A stretch of DNA of 63,549 nt, the filler included, from Octopus bimaculoides (lineage: Eukaryota): the NCBI RefSeq assembly GCF_001194135.2. It is 6 parts of 5 records of this genome, joined end to end, with 100 filler letters (N's around TTAATTAATTAA, not from the genome) between each part and the next. Parts side by side here need not be neighbours in the genome. Positions count along the whole stretch, not along the records: positions 1 to 27,178 come from NC_068983.1; 5 more parts are not named here. The stretch is one strand, 5' to 3'. A model generated the notes under the pieces. That model was given only the letters and a program-made list of their open reading frames with translations. It did not search any database and was not told the DNA's origin. The position numbers and the translations under genes were made by a program. Of the stretch, positions 1 to 13,059 are shown in pieces. Position 1 is the first letter of the stretch; each line of letters starts with the position of its first letter.

Positions 1-44
<44 letters not shown>

Positions 45-433
45 CTGTCTGTGTGTGTGTTCAGCAACAAGATTATATAACTAAAACAGAATCTACACAT
101 GTCTAACAATCCACAAGTGTATAAAGCACTTTTGAGGTACTGAACTAAAAAAAAATATTTTGTATATCAGTATATCACTATGTAGATATATATTTATATA
201 AAGTGTGTCTGTGCAAACACGCGTGTATATGTATTTATACGCATGAGTGTGTGTGCGTATGTGTGTGTGTATGCATGCATGCACACACGCCCTCCCAACC
301 ACACCCACCCACCTATTTTCATTTACGTATTTTCACGCATCTCTGCGTCAGCGTATATATATTTTGGTGTGAGAAAGATTATATCTTTCTATTTAATGAA
401 TTATGTTTTATATAGCAGACTGGCTGCGTGTAC

Positions 434-434
<1 letters not shown>

Positions 435-500
<66 letters not shown>
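435..500. repeat. (AGT)n microsatellite
   Basis: Directly visible; source of the poly-V and poly-Y ORFs. Confidence 0.95.
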
Positions 501-501
<1 letters not shown>

Positions 502-2439
502 AGATCACAAAATGAGAGAAGGAGAATAAGAAGGGCTGAAAATAGTTTTCCAAAATTAAATATTTTGTAAGTTGGCTTCTGTAACCGAAATAACATGGGA
601 TGCTGGCGGAAGTTGGGTTGGAAGAAGGTGGACGGTGAGTGAGGGAGGGAGGGAGAGAGAGAGAAAGGGTGGGAGACGGAGAAACGAAAGGGAAAAGGAG
701 GGAATGGAATTAAAACTAAAACAGAAAAAAATAAACAAGAAAGAAATAAGGCTATCATTATGCCTTCACTCCCTTTTCCTTGTCTCTGACTTCCGACCAC
801 CACCNNNNNNNNNNNNNNNNNNNNNNNNNNNNNNNNNNNNNNNNNNNNNNNNNNNNNNNNNNNNNNNNNNNNNNNNNNNNNNNNNNNNNNNNNNNNNNNN
901 NNNNNNNNNNNNNNNNNNNNNNNNNNNNNNNNNNNNNNNNNNNNNNNNNNNNNNNNNNNNNNNNNNNNNNNNNNNNNNNNNNNNNNNNNNNNNNNNNNNN
1001 NNNNNNNNNNNNNNNNNNNNNNNNNNNNNNNNNNNNNNNNNNNNNNNNNNNNNNNNNNNNNNNNNNNNNNNNNNNNNNNNNNNNNNNNNNNNNNNNNNNN
1101 NNNNNNNNNNNNNNNNNNNNNNNNNNNNNNNNNNNNNNNNNNNNNNNNNNNNNNNNNNNNNNNNNNNNNNNNNNNNNNNNNNNNNNNNNNNNNNNNNNNN
1201 NNNNNNNNNNNNNNNNNNNNNNNNNNNNNNNNNNNNNNNNNNNNNNNNNNNNNNNNNNNNNNNNNNNNNNNNNNNNNNNNNNNNNNNNNNNNNNNNNNNN
1301 NNNNNNNNNNNNNNNNNNNNNNNNNNNNNNNNNNNNNNNNNNNNNNNNNNNNNNNNNNNNNNNNNNNNNNNNNNNNNNNNNNNNNNNNNNNNNNNNNNNN
1401 NNNNNNNNNNNNNNNNNNNNNNNNNNNNNNNNNNNNNNNNNNNNNNNNNNNNNNNNNNNNNNNNNNNNNNNNNNNNNNNNNNNNNNNNNNNNNNNNNNNN
1501 NNNNNNNNNNNNNNNNNNNNNNNNTGTGTGTGTGTGTGTGTGTGTGTCTGTGTGTGTGTGTGTGTGTGTGTCTAAGTGGGTGTGTATGCTAGTGTGTGTG
1601 TCATAGTTTTTAACAGCAGTGTGACATTTCTCCTCAGCAGCCCCATCCACTCACCCCATTGTGCTGCTGCTGTCCTAAGACCCCAAAATATGGTACAGTT
1701 CCTGTATCCCTCTGTGTATCTGTGTTCGCCCACGGTGTTCTCATCGTGATAGTTACTGTTGTTGTTATTACCAGCGTGTCACCGCCGCTGCTGCTGTCGT
1801 TGTTAATCGTGTTGTTGACATTGTTGTGGCCGTCCGTGAAATTTCTTGTGTGTGTGTGTATGGGTTCGCTTCGTATCCATGCTCTTTATATAGATTTATT
1901 TATTTTATCCATCTCTATATCTTCTTTTTATCAAGGGTATGTGACAAATACATTTATATATTTGCTTGTTTCACTATTTATTTGTTTTGTTTGTTTTTTT
2001 ATTATACATCGATCTCTATTTCTCGTCAGTATCACAGGTAAGTGCATATGTGTCTGTTGTGTGTGCATTACCCTGTATGTTTCTGTTTATTATTTATGAT
2101 TTTTTTTGTTTTTTGTTTTACCTCTCTCTCATCACCTCCCGTCTGTCTTTAGTCATGTGATGTGGTGTGGTGGTGGGTGTTACTGTTCCATTCATGTTTT
2201 CTATTGAGGCTCGGTTTGTCTACTGCTATGCGTATAACCTCTGTGATCTGTGTAAGTATCGTGTCATTTCTATGTGACAATAATGCCTTAACCTCTATGC
2301 TATTAATCGAGCCTCCATGTTCTGCTTGAGCATGTTGTTAGAGCACTGACGAGCTTTTCCCTTCTTTGAGCTCTCACCAATGTGCACCTATATGCTCTCC
2401 TATGCTGCGTGCAGTCTTTCCGATGTAGGTAGCTGTCAA

Positions 2440-2690
2440 GTTTCTGCATCGTCCCTACATTGGTGCTCCAGTTGATCCGATCGACGGAACAGCCTGCTTG
2501 TGAAATTAACGTGCAAGTGGCTGAACACTCCACACACACACGCGTCCCCTTAACGTAGTTCTCGGGGAGATTCAGTGCGAGACAGAATGCGACAAAGCTG
2601 GTCTCATTTGAATTACAGGTACAACTCATTTTTGCCATCGGAATTGACAGGAGCAAAAACGTTTTGCTCAAGGGCATAACGCACTTACAG
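2440..2690 (-). mobile_element. SINE body with a tgcccttgagcaa-type central domain
   Basis: The minus strand reads tgcccttgagcaaaac...caaaaatgagttgtacctgta...ctgaatctccccgag, and the last part is shared with 25670-25720. Confidence 0.6.
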
Positions 2691-2864
2691 GAATCTACCA
2701 AATCCACTCTTCACAATGCTTTGGTCGGCCCAAGGTTAGAGCAGAAGACACATGCCCAAGGTACCACGCAGTGGGACTGAACCCGGAACCATGGGGTTGG
2801 GAAGCAAACTTCTTACCACACAGTCACACGGAAGTGGAGAGAGAGACGGATTTGGGGAGCGAGG

Positions 2865-2915
2865 GTTCGGAGAGAAGGCTCGGAGAGAAGGCTCGGAGAG
2901 AGGGCTCGGAGAGAG
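2865..2915. repeat. 13-bp tandem repeat (ggagagaaggctc) about 4 times
   Basis: Directly visible. Confidence 0.8.
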
Positions 2916-3290
2916 AGATGGAGGGAGAGAGATTCTCCAAAATGTAACTGATTTTCCCTAACATAGTCCCAGAGACAAACGGGTTAAATTTTCCTTCCGT
3001 ATTTTGTCCGTTATGGCGGTCGAAGTTCGAGTTCTATCGTCTCTTTTTATCATACTGTACTCCTGTAACATTTTAATTAATTCTTTGCAAAGTTCTTGGT
3101 TCAAATCTTATCAAATGAGAATGTAAGGCGTTTTTCTCAAGAGAAACCAGTCTTTAATTCCAAACCATTTCAAACACATTCCACCACCTGGCACTTGTAT
3201 ATTTACTTGCGATGACGCCTGGAATTATATTAACCTAAAACCACCCGTTACAAAATAAACACACATACGCACACACATACACACACACAT

Positions 3291-3349
<59 letters not shown>

Positions 3350-3452
3350 TATTGCAATATCAAAGAATCATCTCTTAAATTTTTTGCTGGAGTTTATTCA
3401 ATAAAATACCAACACTACAGCGTCAGCCTCTCTCTGCCTCTTTCTCTTTCTC

Positions 3453-3490
<38 letters not shown>

Positions 3491-5244
3491 AGTTTCTATC
3501 TCTTTCCCTCTCTATCTCTTTCTCCTGTCTCCCCTCCCACTCCTCCTCCTCCTCTCTCCCTACCACTTGCTGCTCTATCTCAAAAACAACAATCCATTCT
3601 TTTCTTTCTGCTAGTTCTTCACCGCCTCATTCACCCTCCGTCCCCACCACTTCCACCCCCACCTCCATATCACAATTTCATGGATACCGATTCTGTGAGA
3701 TAGCAACCAAGTTGTTCTCAAATGATTGTTTCTTAACGTGAGAAGGACACTTTGGATAATGTAGTCGTAGATTTTTCCGAAAAGTCTGTAAGGCCACGGT
3801 AGGAATGTCTCTGAGGTTTAGTGCTAAACAATAGCAACAACGACAATGTTACACAATGGTACGACTTTCATTTGTTCTGATATAGGACATATATAAAAAA
3901 AATATGTAGGCGAAGGAGTGACCTGTGTGGTAAGAAGCTTGCTTCCAAGCCACATGGGTCCGAGTTCAGTCTCACTGCGTAGAACCTTCGGCAAGTGGTC
4001 CATCATCCCTGAATGGGATTTGGGGCGAGTTGTCACGCTTGTATGACTTTTAACAACGGGCGCTTTTAGGGAATCATGCCCAGAACGCTAATCCACAGCC
4101 TATCGACGATCAAGCAAAGCGCATACACTGAGTATGTGCATTCTATAATGTTTACAACACCCGAGCTGCGTCTAATTCATATCTGGATTTATTCTTACGT
4201 AAACATCGTCCTGACGTACCAGGAAATGTTATTTTACACAATATGTACATAGACACAGACTGGCGATTCAGTTCGCCTACAGTTCGGTTCAGGTACGTGA
4301 TGTTAATAAGCCACAAAAACGGCGAATCTTCGACGTCCATCACTCTTGAATGGGATTTGGAGCGTGTTGTCTCTCCTGGTTATGTAATGGGGTCGATTCG
4401 CTCGAACTAATACTCCAGCATGGCCACTGGCCAATCACTGAAATGAATAAACTATAAAAGAAAAGATCACCGACACCAATCTTTTAATTCTCTCCACTCT
4501 CTCCTTCTTTACAACATTCTTCGTCACAATAAAAATAAAAACAAAGAGTTTCTGCACCAATCACATTGTTGAACAGAATTTGTTGTTGTTGAGTCGTCCC
4601 TGCTCAAATTGACCCATGATTAAAGACTGTCCACCCATGGGCATTCGGTAAATTTCCTTTGAAACCAAATTCTATTAATGTCTTTTCAAAAATGGTCGAA
4701 AGTGATTTGCATAATTCGGCTGCTATTTCTAGTAGGTCGAGCAACGATGTAGCAGTTTGTACTTTGGTTCGAGGGTGGATTTCTTCTCTAAATTTTTGAA
4801 GAGTAACCAAGTGGTCCTCAAATCACATCTTGGGGTTTTAGAACAAGAAGGACACAATAGACAATATAGTCCTAGATATACTCATAAACGAGATGGTCGA
4901 GACTGGAACATCTATTCATAGGTTTGTTCTAAAACGACTTGGTGGTGATGGTATTTGGCCAATATCAACATTAACAACAAAAACAATAATAACAACAACA
5001 ACGCCAGATAAGCCTCTACCAATATATCAAAGTCTGTGAGGACCAACAGAAGCACCATTGATACCTCCACTCCCAACCCTTTTCCACCCCCACTTATTAT
5101 ACAAATCTCCCCAGTTTTTCTCTTTCTACTCACTTTATCTCGACTGATTTCCATCGCATTTATAATTAAACACTTCCATAACTTTCTTAGCCAGCCTCTC
5201 ATTTACTGTAACAAGCATCAGTGAGGCACATCGTCTGTGTTACT

Positions 5245-5645
5245 ATTGTGTCACAGATGTTACACGGTTTTGCAAATGTAACAATATATCACACATGTAA
5301 ATCTGTGTCACAGATCTAATAACATATCAAAGTTTCAACAATACTCACAGATGTAACACTATATCACAGATGTAACACTATATCACAGATGTAACATTGT
5401 GTCACAGATGTAACACCGTATCACACATGTAACCCTGTGTCACAAATGTAATAACATATCAATGCTTCAACAATACGTTACAAATGTAACGCTGTATCAC
5501 AAATGTAACACTGTGTCACTGATGTAGCAGTATATTACAGATGAGACAACATGTCACAGTTGTGAACATGTATTACAGATATAACTCTGTGTTACAGGTA
5601 TAACAACGTCACAGATGAAACAATGTATCAAAGAATGTAACACGT
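5245..5645. repeat. 19-bp minisatellite (tcacagatgtaacactrtr)
   Basis: About 20 diverged units. The same aataacatatcaa interruption occurs at 5318 and 5450. Confidence 0.85.
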
Positions 5646-5805
5646 TATATAACTTTACAATTGTGTTTTTATTATTCATGTGACACACTGTCATTGCTTT
5701 CTGCATCTACATTTTGTCACGACAGTTAGAGACTTTCCTTTGCTGTCATTTTGTACATGGCACACACGTCACACAACCACCCACGCCATATACACATCCC
5801 ACCCA

Positions 5806-6256
5806 CCTTGTATGAACGTTTTGAAGCGTTTGAGAGAGGACACACGACAAAAGCGACGGATCTGTGGAGTGCAAAGAACTGGATTCTTCACGATGGGAAT
5901 GCACCCTGCCACCAAGTTCTCCTCACTCGTGAGTTTCTCACCAAAACAACATGGGATTGCTTCCACACAACTCCTATTCGCCAGATTCAGCACCTAAGGA
6001 TCTCCATCGCTTCCTCAAGATGAAAACATCGCCGTTTTAACACCGTTGTTGAAGTCCAGAGCAAATCGCAGAAGGTCCTCCATTGGCTTATGGAAAACGA
6101 CTTCCTGACTGGATACCGATAGTGGCAGGAAAGCTGGAACCGGCATTTTGCAGCGCAAGGTGAGTATTTTGAAGGAGATGATACTAGACTTAGGTAAATG
6201 GTTTATTTTCCTTATTAAACATAATAGGTCAGAGAAACTTTTGACACCACTTCGTA
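5806..6256 (+). mobile_element. Mariner transposon 3' fragment (degenerate transposase C-terminus plus right TIR)
   Basis: Translates across frames to VLKRLRE...KNWILHDGNAPCH (HHDNAPAH-like) and YSPDSAPKD (YSPDLAPxD-like). It ends in acttttgacaccacttcg+TA, a mariner-type terminus. Confidence 0.8.
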
Positions 6257-6960
6257 CATGTATATATATAACCCACAAGAGTAAACAAGAGAGACGGAGA
6301 CAGGCAGAAACAAGGAAAATGCCCCTTGTATTTGAATACTATGCAAATATCCTTTTTAAAAATTNNNNNNNNNNNNNNNNNNNNNNNNNNNNNNNNNNNN
6401 NNNNNNNNNNNNNNNNNNNNNNNNNNNNNNNNNNNNNNNNNNNNNNNNNNNNNNNNNNNNNNNNNNNNNNNNNNNNNNNNNNNNNNNNNNNNNNNNNNNN
6501 NNNNNNNNNNNNNNNNNNNNNNNNNNNNNNNNNNNNNNNNNNNNNNNNNNNNNNNNNNNNNNNNNNNNNNNNNNNNNNNNNNNNNNNNNNNNNNNNNNNN
6601 NNNNNNNNNNNNNNNNNNNNNNNNNNNNNNNNNNNNNNNNNNNNNNNNNNNNNNNNNNNNNNNNNNNNNNNNNNNNNNNNNNNNNNNNNNNNNNNNNNNN
6701 NNNNNNNNNNNNNNNNNNNNNNNNNNNNNNNNNNNNNNNNNNNNNNNNNNNNNNNNNNNNNNNNNNNNNNNNNNNNNNNNNNNNNNNNNNNNNNNNNNNN
6801 NNNNNNNNNNNNNNNNNNNNNNNNNNNNNNNNNNNNNNNNNNNNNNNNNNNNNNATAAAAAATGAAACATAAAAAACAGACAGAGTTGGAACTCTTTTAA
6901 ATAAAATAATATATTCCTCTATACACGATCATACAAAACCGTTTATTGCATTTATTTTTA

Positions 6961-7025
<65 letters not shown>

Positions 7026-7084
7026 ATATATATGTGTGTATATATATATTTGTATACACACACGTGTGTGTGTTTGTGTTTATG

Positions 7085-7290
7085 TTTGTCCTTGCCACCG
7101 CTTGATAACCGGTGTTGATGTATTTACGTCGCTGTAAACTAGCGGTTCGGCAAAAGAGACTGACAGTCTAAACAACCAGACTTTTAAAGATTAATTAGTA
7201 TTGGGGTCGATTCGTTAGACTAAAATTTTTCAAGGTGGTGCCGTAGCATGGCCGCAGTGAAATGCGTGAAACACGATAAAAGCTAAAAGA
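7085..7290 (+). mobile_element. SINE family A, 3' half
   Basis: Matches the 3' part of 61100-61513. Confidence 0.7.
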
Positions 7291-7629
7291 CTCAACAACT
7301 CTGTAACTGCAACGTCTTCTAAATCTACTCCGCCATAATCTCTTGTTTATCTCGTCCTATTATCTCTTAATTACTCTGGGCAATCATTACTGCCCTCGCT
7401 CTCAATGGTTTACTAATTAGTTTATCATTGTAAATACAACAGTGCGTGTGTCTGCGCGCCTATGCGTCTGTGTATGTGTAGTTGTGCGTGTGTCTGTGTG
7501 CTGCTTCTGTCTGTGTGTCTGTGTGTTTGTTGGTTCTGTGTACGCTTAGATAGACAAACTTGATAATTTATTTAGTGACTGTCTATCTGTATTTGTATAT
7601 CTATCCGCGGACACACACGCACACACACG

Positions 7630-7672
<43 letters not shown>

Positions 7673-8419
7673 AAACATGTTTCTGTTTGACTTTGTAGTT
7701 ATTTGTGCAGATGAAGGATTCCCTGTAAATGTTTGTGATTATGTCTACATGGATGTATTTGCGCTTGTTTATGTGTGTATGTGTGCGTGTGTGTGTGCGC
7801 GTGCGCACGCACTGTAGATTGTATAGGGAGTGTATGTAAATATATATGTATAAGTGCATATGTGTATAAGACTGCGCGCGCGCATGTGTGTGGGTGTGTG
7901 TGTGTGCGTTTGTCTGATGAAGATGAGTGTCTCTAGTGTTTTCTATGCTTTTTGGGACTGATGAGGTTGATGGTTGCAGAGAGCGGAAGAAAGAGGAATG
8001 AGAGAGAGAAAGAGAGATAACTCAATCAGCCGAAATTGCGAAGATAATCTGGTACTCGACTGAGGAAAGAAAAACTCCGAATGACCTGTTCTTGTTTTCT
8101 TTGTGTTGTCTATCTGGATGTTTTGTTGTCCCTTTTTGTATCACCTAACTGTCCGGATGTTTTGCGTTCTTGTCCCATTTTGTATGATATATATATNNNN
8201 NNNNNNNNNNNNNNNNNNNNNNNNNNNNNNNNNNNNNNNNNNNNNNNNNNNNNNNNNNNNNNNNNNNNNNNNNNNNNNNNNNNNNNNNNNNNNNNNNNNN
8301 NNNNNNNNNNNNNTATATATATATAAATATATATATATATATACAGAGAGAGAGAGAGAGTGGGGGGGTCATTGAGTGTGCTCTTGAGCACGAGGTTTCA
8401 ACATGAGGCACCACAGAGG

Positions 8420-9700
8420 CAGTTAATTTAAGACAATTGTAATAGAGACATGGAATGTTTCTCGTTCAATGACTTCAATGAGTGGTGTTGTTGGAGGATG
8501 CGTCTTTTGAATGTGCTTGTTGTTCAACCCACATAATTCCCTTCAACGTCGTTCACAGGTGATGCGGTTGCCTCGTAGGATTCACTGGGCAGTGATGTAA
8601 ACAGATTGTGAATGTTAATTGTCAGCCGATTAGGCGGTGACTCTGTGGCGGTGTGTATGCAGTTATGGTATAGGAATTGTGAAAATTTATTGTCTATATA
8701 CGAATAACTGACTTGATCATTGTAGAAGTTCAGGAGTATATGCTACTGGTAAAGAGGCAGGAAATGGAAATGATGCATTATTTGGAAATTTCTAATCATA
8801 TTTGTGGTAATTGTAATTTAACCCAGATTATGTTTTTCTCTCGTAGATGGGGTCTTATTATCCATACACACTAATTTTCACTCAATGTTCTTCTATCTAA
8901 ATCACCAGTATAATAGTGCCGGGGATGACTCATTGAAAATATTTCTATTGGAGAATATGTCACAGACCTTTTTACTTATTCTGGTCACAGGGTTTCTTGA
9001 AGGTGGCTGTGGGAAATTTTTATGAATGAAAATGCTGTTCTGATTTAGGTTTCTAAAGACATATCTGCTTTACTTTTAACGCTATGACCAGGAATTTGGT
9101 TAATTTGAGGTTAACTCTGATACTTATGTTTAACCTGAATAGGTTATATACTTTCAGTATATTCTTCCTAAATCTATCCATGATGTGACCATTCATGACT
9201 AATGTGGTTTCTAAGCAACAATCTCCATCGAAATCGGATGCATGGCGGCTGGAGCAATTTTGAGGAATTCCAAGCTGAAACAGTCCCTCACCTTATCCCT
9301 TCCTTATCTCGTCATCAGGATGTGGAATAGAAAGAGACTTCCTCCTGTTTCTTATAATTCTGGAGTATAGAGAGGTGAATTAGTGTAAATTCTATACCAA
9401 ATTCCAACGATTTCAGACGGAGTTATTTATGTATGGAATGATGAAAGAATCTACAATGGTGAATTTTGTGAAAGAATAGAAAACATTGTTTCAATGTCAG
9501 AAGAGAAATCATTGGTACTGTGACTCCATTGTGGTTCGAGTCTTACCTAGGGTTGTAATGGTTATTAATTCTTCACAATTCGAAAATCAGAAACTGACAT
9601 TGCTCCACAACTGAGTGGAATTAAGTTGATCCGGCCAACATATTCTCTATCGGGGCGCGGAACTAGAATTTCATTTAGAAAAATGCTCCAGATCATAAAA
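8420..9700 (-). mobile_element. Decayed Penelope-like retroelement (RT plus GIY-YIG endonuclease remnants)
   Basis: Manual minus-strand translation gives MNGHIMDRFRKNILKVYNLFRLNISIRVNLKLTKFL (RT), REKNIIWV and FYNDQVSYSYIDN (linker), and YEATA...NYVG*TTSTFKRRILQQHHS (GIY-YIG). Many stops and frameshifts; boundaries approximate. Confidence 0.65.
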
Positions 9701-10284
9701 CTACAATAACTCTAAACCAGAAATGAGAAATATTTTCCAACTGTCACCACTAGTGAAGATACTAATGGAAAATTTTCAAGATTTTCCGATGCCTATGCAT
9801 CACAATCGTTAGAAAATCGCCTCTGGAATATCCGTTTCAGCCTCGCAAAGTTATTGATTCTGAAGACACCAGCGCTGACCTGTCTCTCACCACAACACAA
9901 TACTTTCAGAAGAGTGACACTAAACGCCTCAATAAGTCGGATCACGTAGAGAGCTTTGAATAGTGACAACCAACTTAACACTAACATCTAAGGACGCAAC
10001 ACCTTCCGCTGTTTCATCTGAAGAATTCCAGAAACAGAATTGAATGTTTCACAATAAATATAAGGCTGTTCCATCGAATGACACTCTTTACTTAAGTCTG
10101 AAGATATGAGCGCGCGCGCACAAACACACTCACACATACAAACGGACACATATACACAAGTACATACAGGCACACACACATGGGTATGTATGTGTACAGA
10201 TATTTGTGTTTTTGTGTGTGAGAGTATGTGTATGTGCGTGTGTGTGCAAATATACGTATGTGTGTATATATATGTATATTCTTT

Positions 10285-10470
10285 TACTTATTTCAATCAT
10301 TTGACTGCGGTCATGCTGGGGCACCGCTCTTTAGTCGAGCAAATCGATAGCAGGACTTCTTTGTAAGCCTAGTACTTATTCTATCGGTCTCTTTTGCCGA
10401 GCCACTAAGTTAAGGGGATGTAAACACACCAGCACCGGTTGTCAGCGATGCTGGAGAGACAAACACAGAC
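10285..10470 (-). mobile_element. SINE family A, 3' half
   Basis: Matches 58345-58530. Confidence 0.75.
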
Positions 10471-10479
10471 ACATAGACA

Positions 10480-10537
10480 CATATACACACATACATATAT
10501 TTGTATATATGTGTGTGTCTCTGTATATGTATCTATG

Positions 10538-10570
<33 letters not shown>

Positions 10571-11021
10571 GTCCACACACACAAACAGACATATCTATAC
10601 ACACATATATATAGGTATATAAACATGTGTATATACATACATATATATGGATACATACAAACGTACATACATACACCTATATCTATCTATACATACTTAC
10701 ATACAATCACGCATACATGTAGATACACACATATGTACATATGTATTTACATACATTCCTGTACATACATACATACATACCTATACATAGATACATACTT
10801 ATACACACATATATACATACATATATACATGCATACATACCTATACATACATACGTACATATATACATACATATATACATTTATAAATACATGCATACCT
10901 TTACATACAAACATACATACATACGTAGATACATACATAGATACATACATATAAACATGCATACAAACGTATATACATACATACCTATACATACAAACAT
11001 ACATACATAGCTATACATACA

Positions 11022-11055
<34 letters not shown>

Positions 11056-11108
11056 CATACATACATATATACATACATACATACATACATACATACGTAC
11101 ATACATAT
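10480..11108. repeat. Degenerate (ACAT)n/(AT)n compound microsatellite
   Basis: Directly visible. Confidence 0.9.
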
Positions 11109-11539
11109 ACTTCCGCCGCTCTCCACATGCCTGCCTAATGCCCGCCTGAAGAGAAAACATTCCCTTGTTATCTGTACACGTGCTGCTGCAATGATGTTTG
11201 TCAGAAGCTATTTTCGGACCAGTGAGCTGTTTCTATCAGAATGGTTCTCTCTTGGAATCGGAATTGCTGTTTAGAAATAGCACAGACTCAAGTTAGCTTC
11301 GACTTGCCTTAGAATTAGTACTTTCCCTCGAAATTAGATTCGTTCTTGTATTTATTTAAGTGTCTTCATTCATTATTCTGTTCTTTGCAGGTAGCAATAG
11401 TAGCACTCGATTTACGCTGCTAAAAGAATCTTTTACGATGTTTGCTTACGAGATATTTCCTGAGATTTTGTGGTCCCAATAGTATTTTACATGTGATATG
11501 CATCAGTGCAATACAATGAAATGTGTTGTGTTATGTTGT

Positions 11540-11571
<32 letters not shown>

Positions 11572-12876
11572 GTGTGTGTGAGTGTGTGTGTGTGCATGCG
11601 CATGTGTGTGTGTGCCTGTGTATAAATATATGTATGTTTGTGTATATATATATACATACATATATGTATGTATATATATATNNNNNNNNNNNNNNNNNNN
11701 NNNNNNNNNNNNNNNNNNNNNNNNNNNNNNNNNNNNNNNNNNNNNNNNNNNNNNNNNNNNNNNNNNNNNNNNNNNNNNNNNNNNNNNNNNNNNNNNNNNN
11801 NNNNNNNNNNNNNNNNNNNNNNNNNNNNNNNNNNNNNNNNNNNNNNNNNNNNNNNNNNNNNNNNNNNNNNNNNNNNNNNNNNNNNNNNNNNNNNNNNNNN
11901 NNNNNNNNNNNNNNNNNNNNNNNNNNNNNNNNNNNNNNNNNNNNNNNNNNNNNNNNNNNNNNNNNNNNNNNNNNNNNNNNNNNNNNNNNNNNNNNNNNNN
12001 NNNNNNNNNNNNNNNNNNNNNNNNNNNNNNNNNNNNNNNNNNNNNNNNNNNNNNNNNNNNNNNNNNNNNNNNNNNNNNNNNNNNNNNNNNNNNNNNNNNN
12101 NNNNNNNNNNNNNNNNNNNNNNNNNNNNNNNNNNNNNNNNNNNNNNNNNNNNNNNNNNNNNNNNNNNNNNNNNNNNNNNNNNNNNNNNNNNNNNNNNNNN
12201 NNNNNNNNNNNNNNNNNNNNNNNNNNNNNNNNNNNNNNNNNNNNNNNNNNNTGTGTCGTATATGTGTGTGTATAGATAGATATCTTTTTATTATAGCTTT
12301 GGGGTGGAAAGGGGGGGATTTCGATCAAAAGGGATCGCGGGAAAAAAAAGGGGGGGGCGATCAATAGGGATCGTGTATCACAGTCAATGTGAAAAAAACG
12401 GGGAACAGATTAGGTTTATCCGTGGAGAGAAAAGCCTACGGAAAAGATCACGGTCACTTCAGGCTTCTTTTTTTAAAGGTACATGAAAGTAAGTACCTTC
12501 TCTCTTTTTGTCGCTTTTTGTTATAATGGTGTCGTCTTTCATTCTTACCATTCTTGCCACATTTACCCATTTTTTATTGAAACTTTCATTCGACAACACT
12601 TTCCAGGTAGGTAGGTAGGTAGGCGGATGAGTGGGCAAGTAGGTAGGTAGTTTTCCAATGAAATAACTACATAAAAGTTGCGCAATTGTCTCAAGATATA
12701 CTTACACATACGCGCACACACGCGCACACACGCGCACATGTGATATCATTTTCAATATTATATTATAAAGGTGTGTATTTATAAGTGAGTCAGCCAAAAG
12801 TATCATGCAGATGAATCGACGGTATGGGACTAACATGGTTACAATTCCATATATTGTACATATATTCATACATACA

Positions 12877-12931
<55 letters not shown>

Positions 12932-13059
12932 TAGCTTCTTCAAGTGTGTATGTCTGTGCTTGTTCCCACCATCGCTTGACAACCGACGTTGGTGTGTTTA
13001 CGTCTTCGTAAAGGCAGTGCTAAAGGCTTGGCCGCAATCAAATGACTGAAGCAAGAAAT

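Noticed and set aside
2303-2707. 134-aa Cys-rich ORF
   Set aside because: It overlies a SINE body with homology elsewhere in the window.
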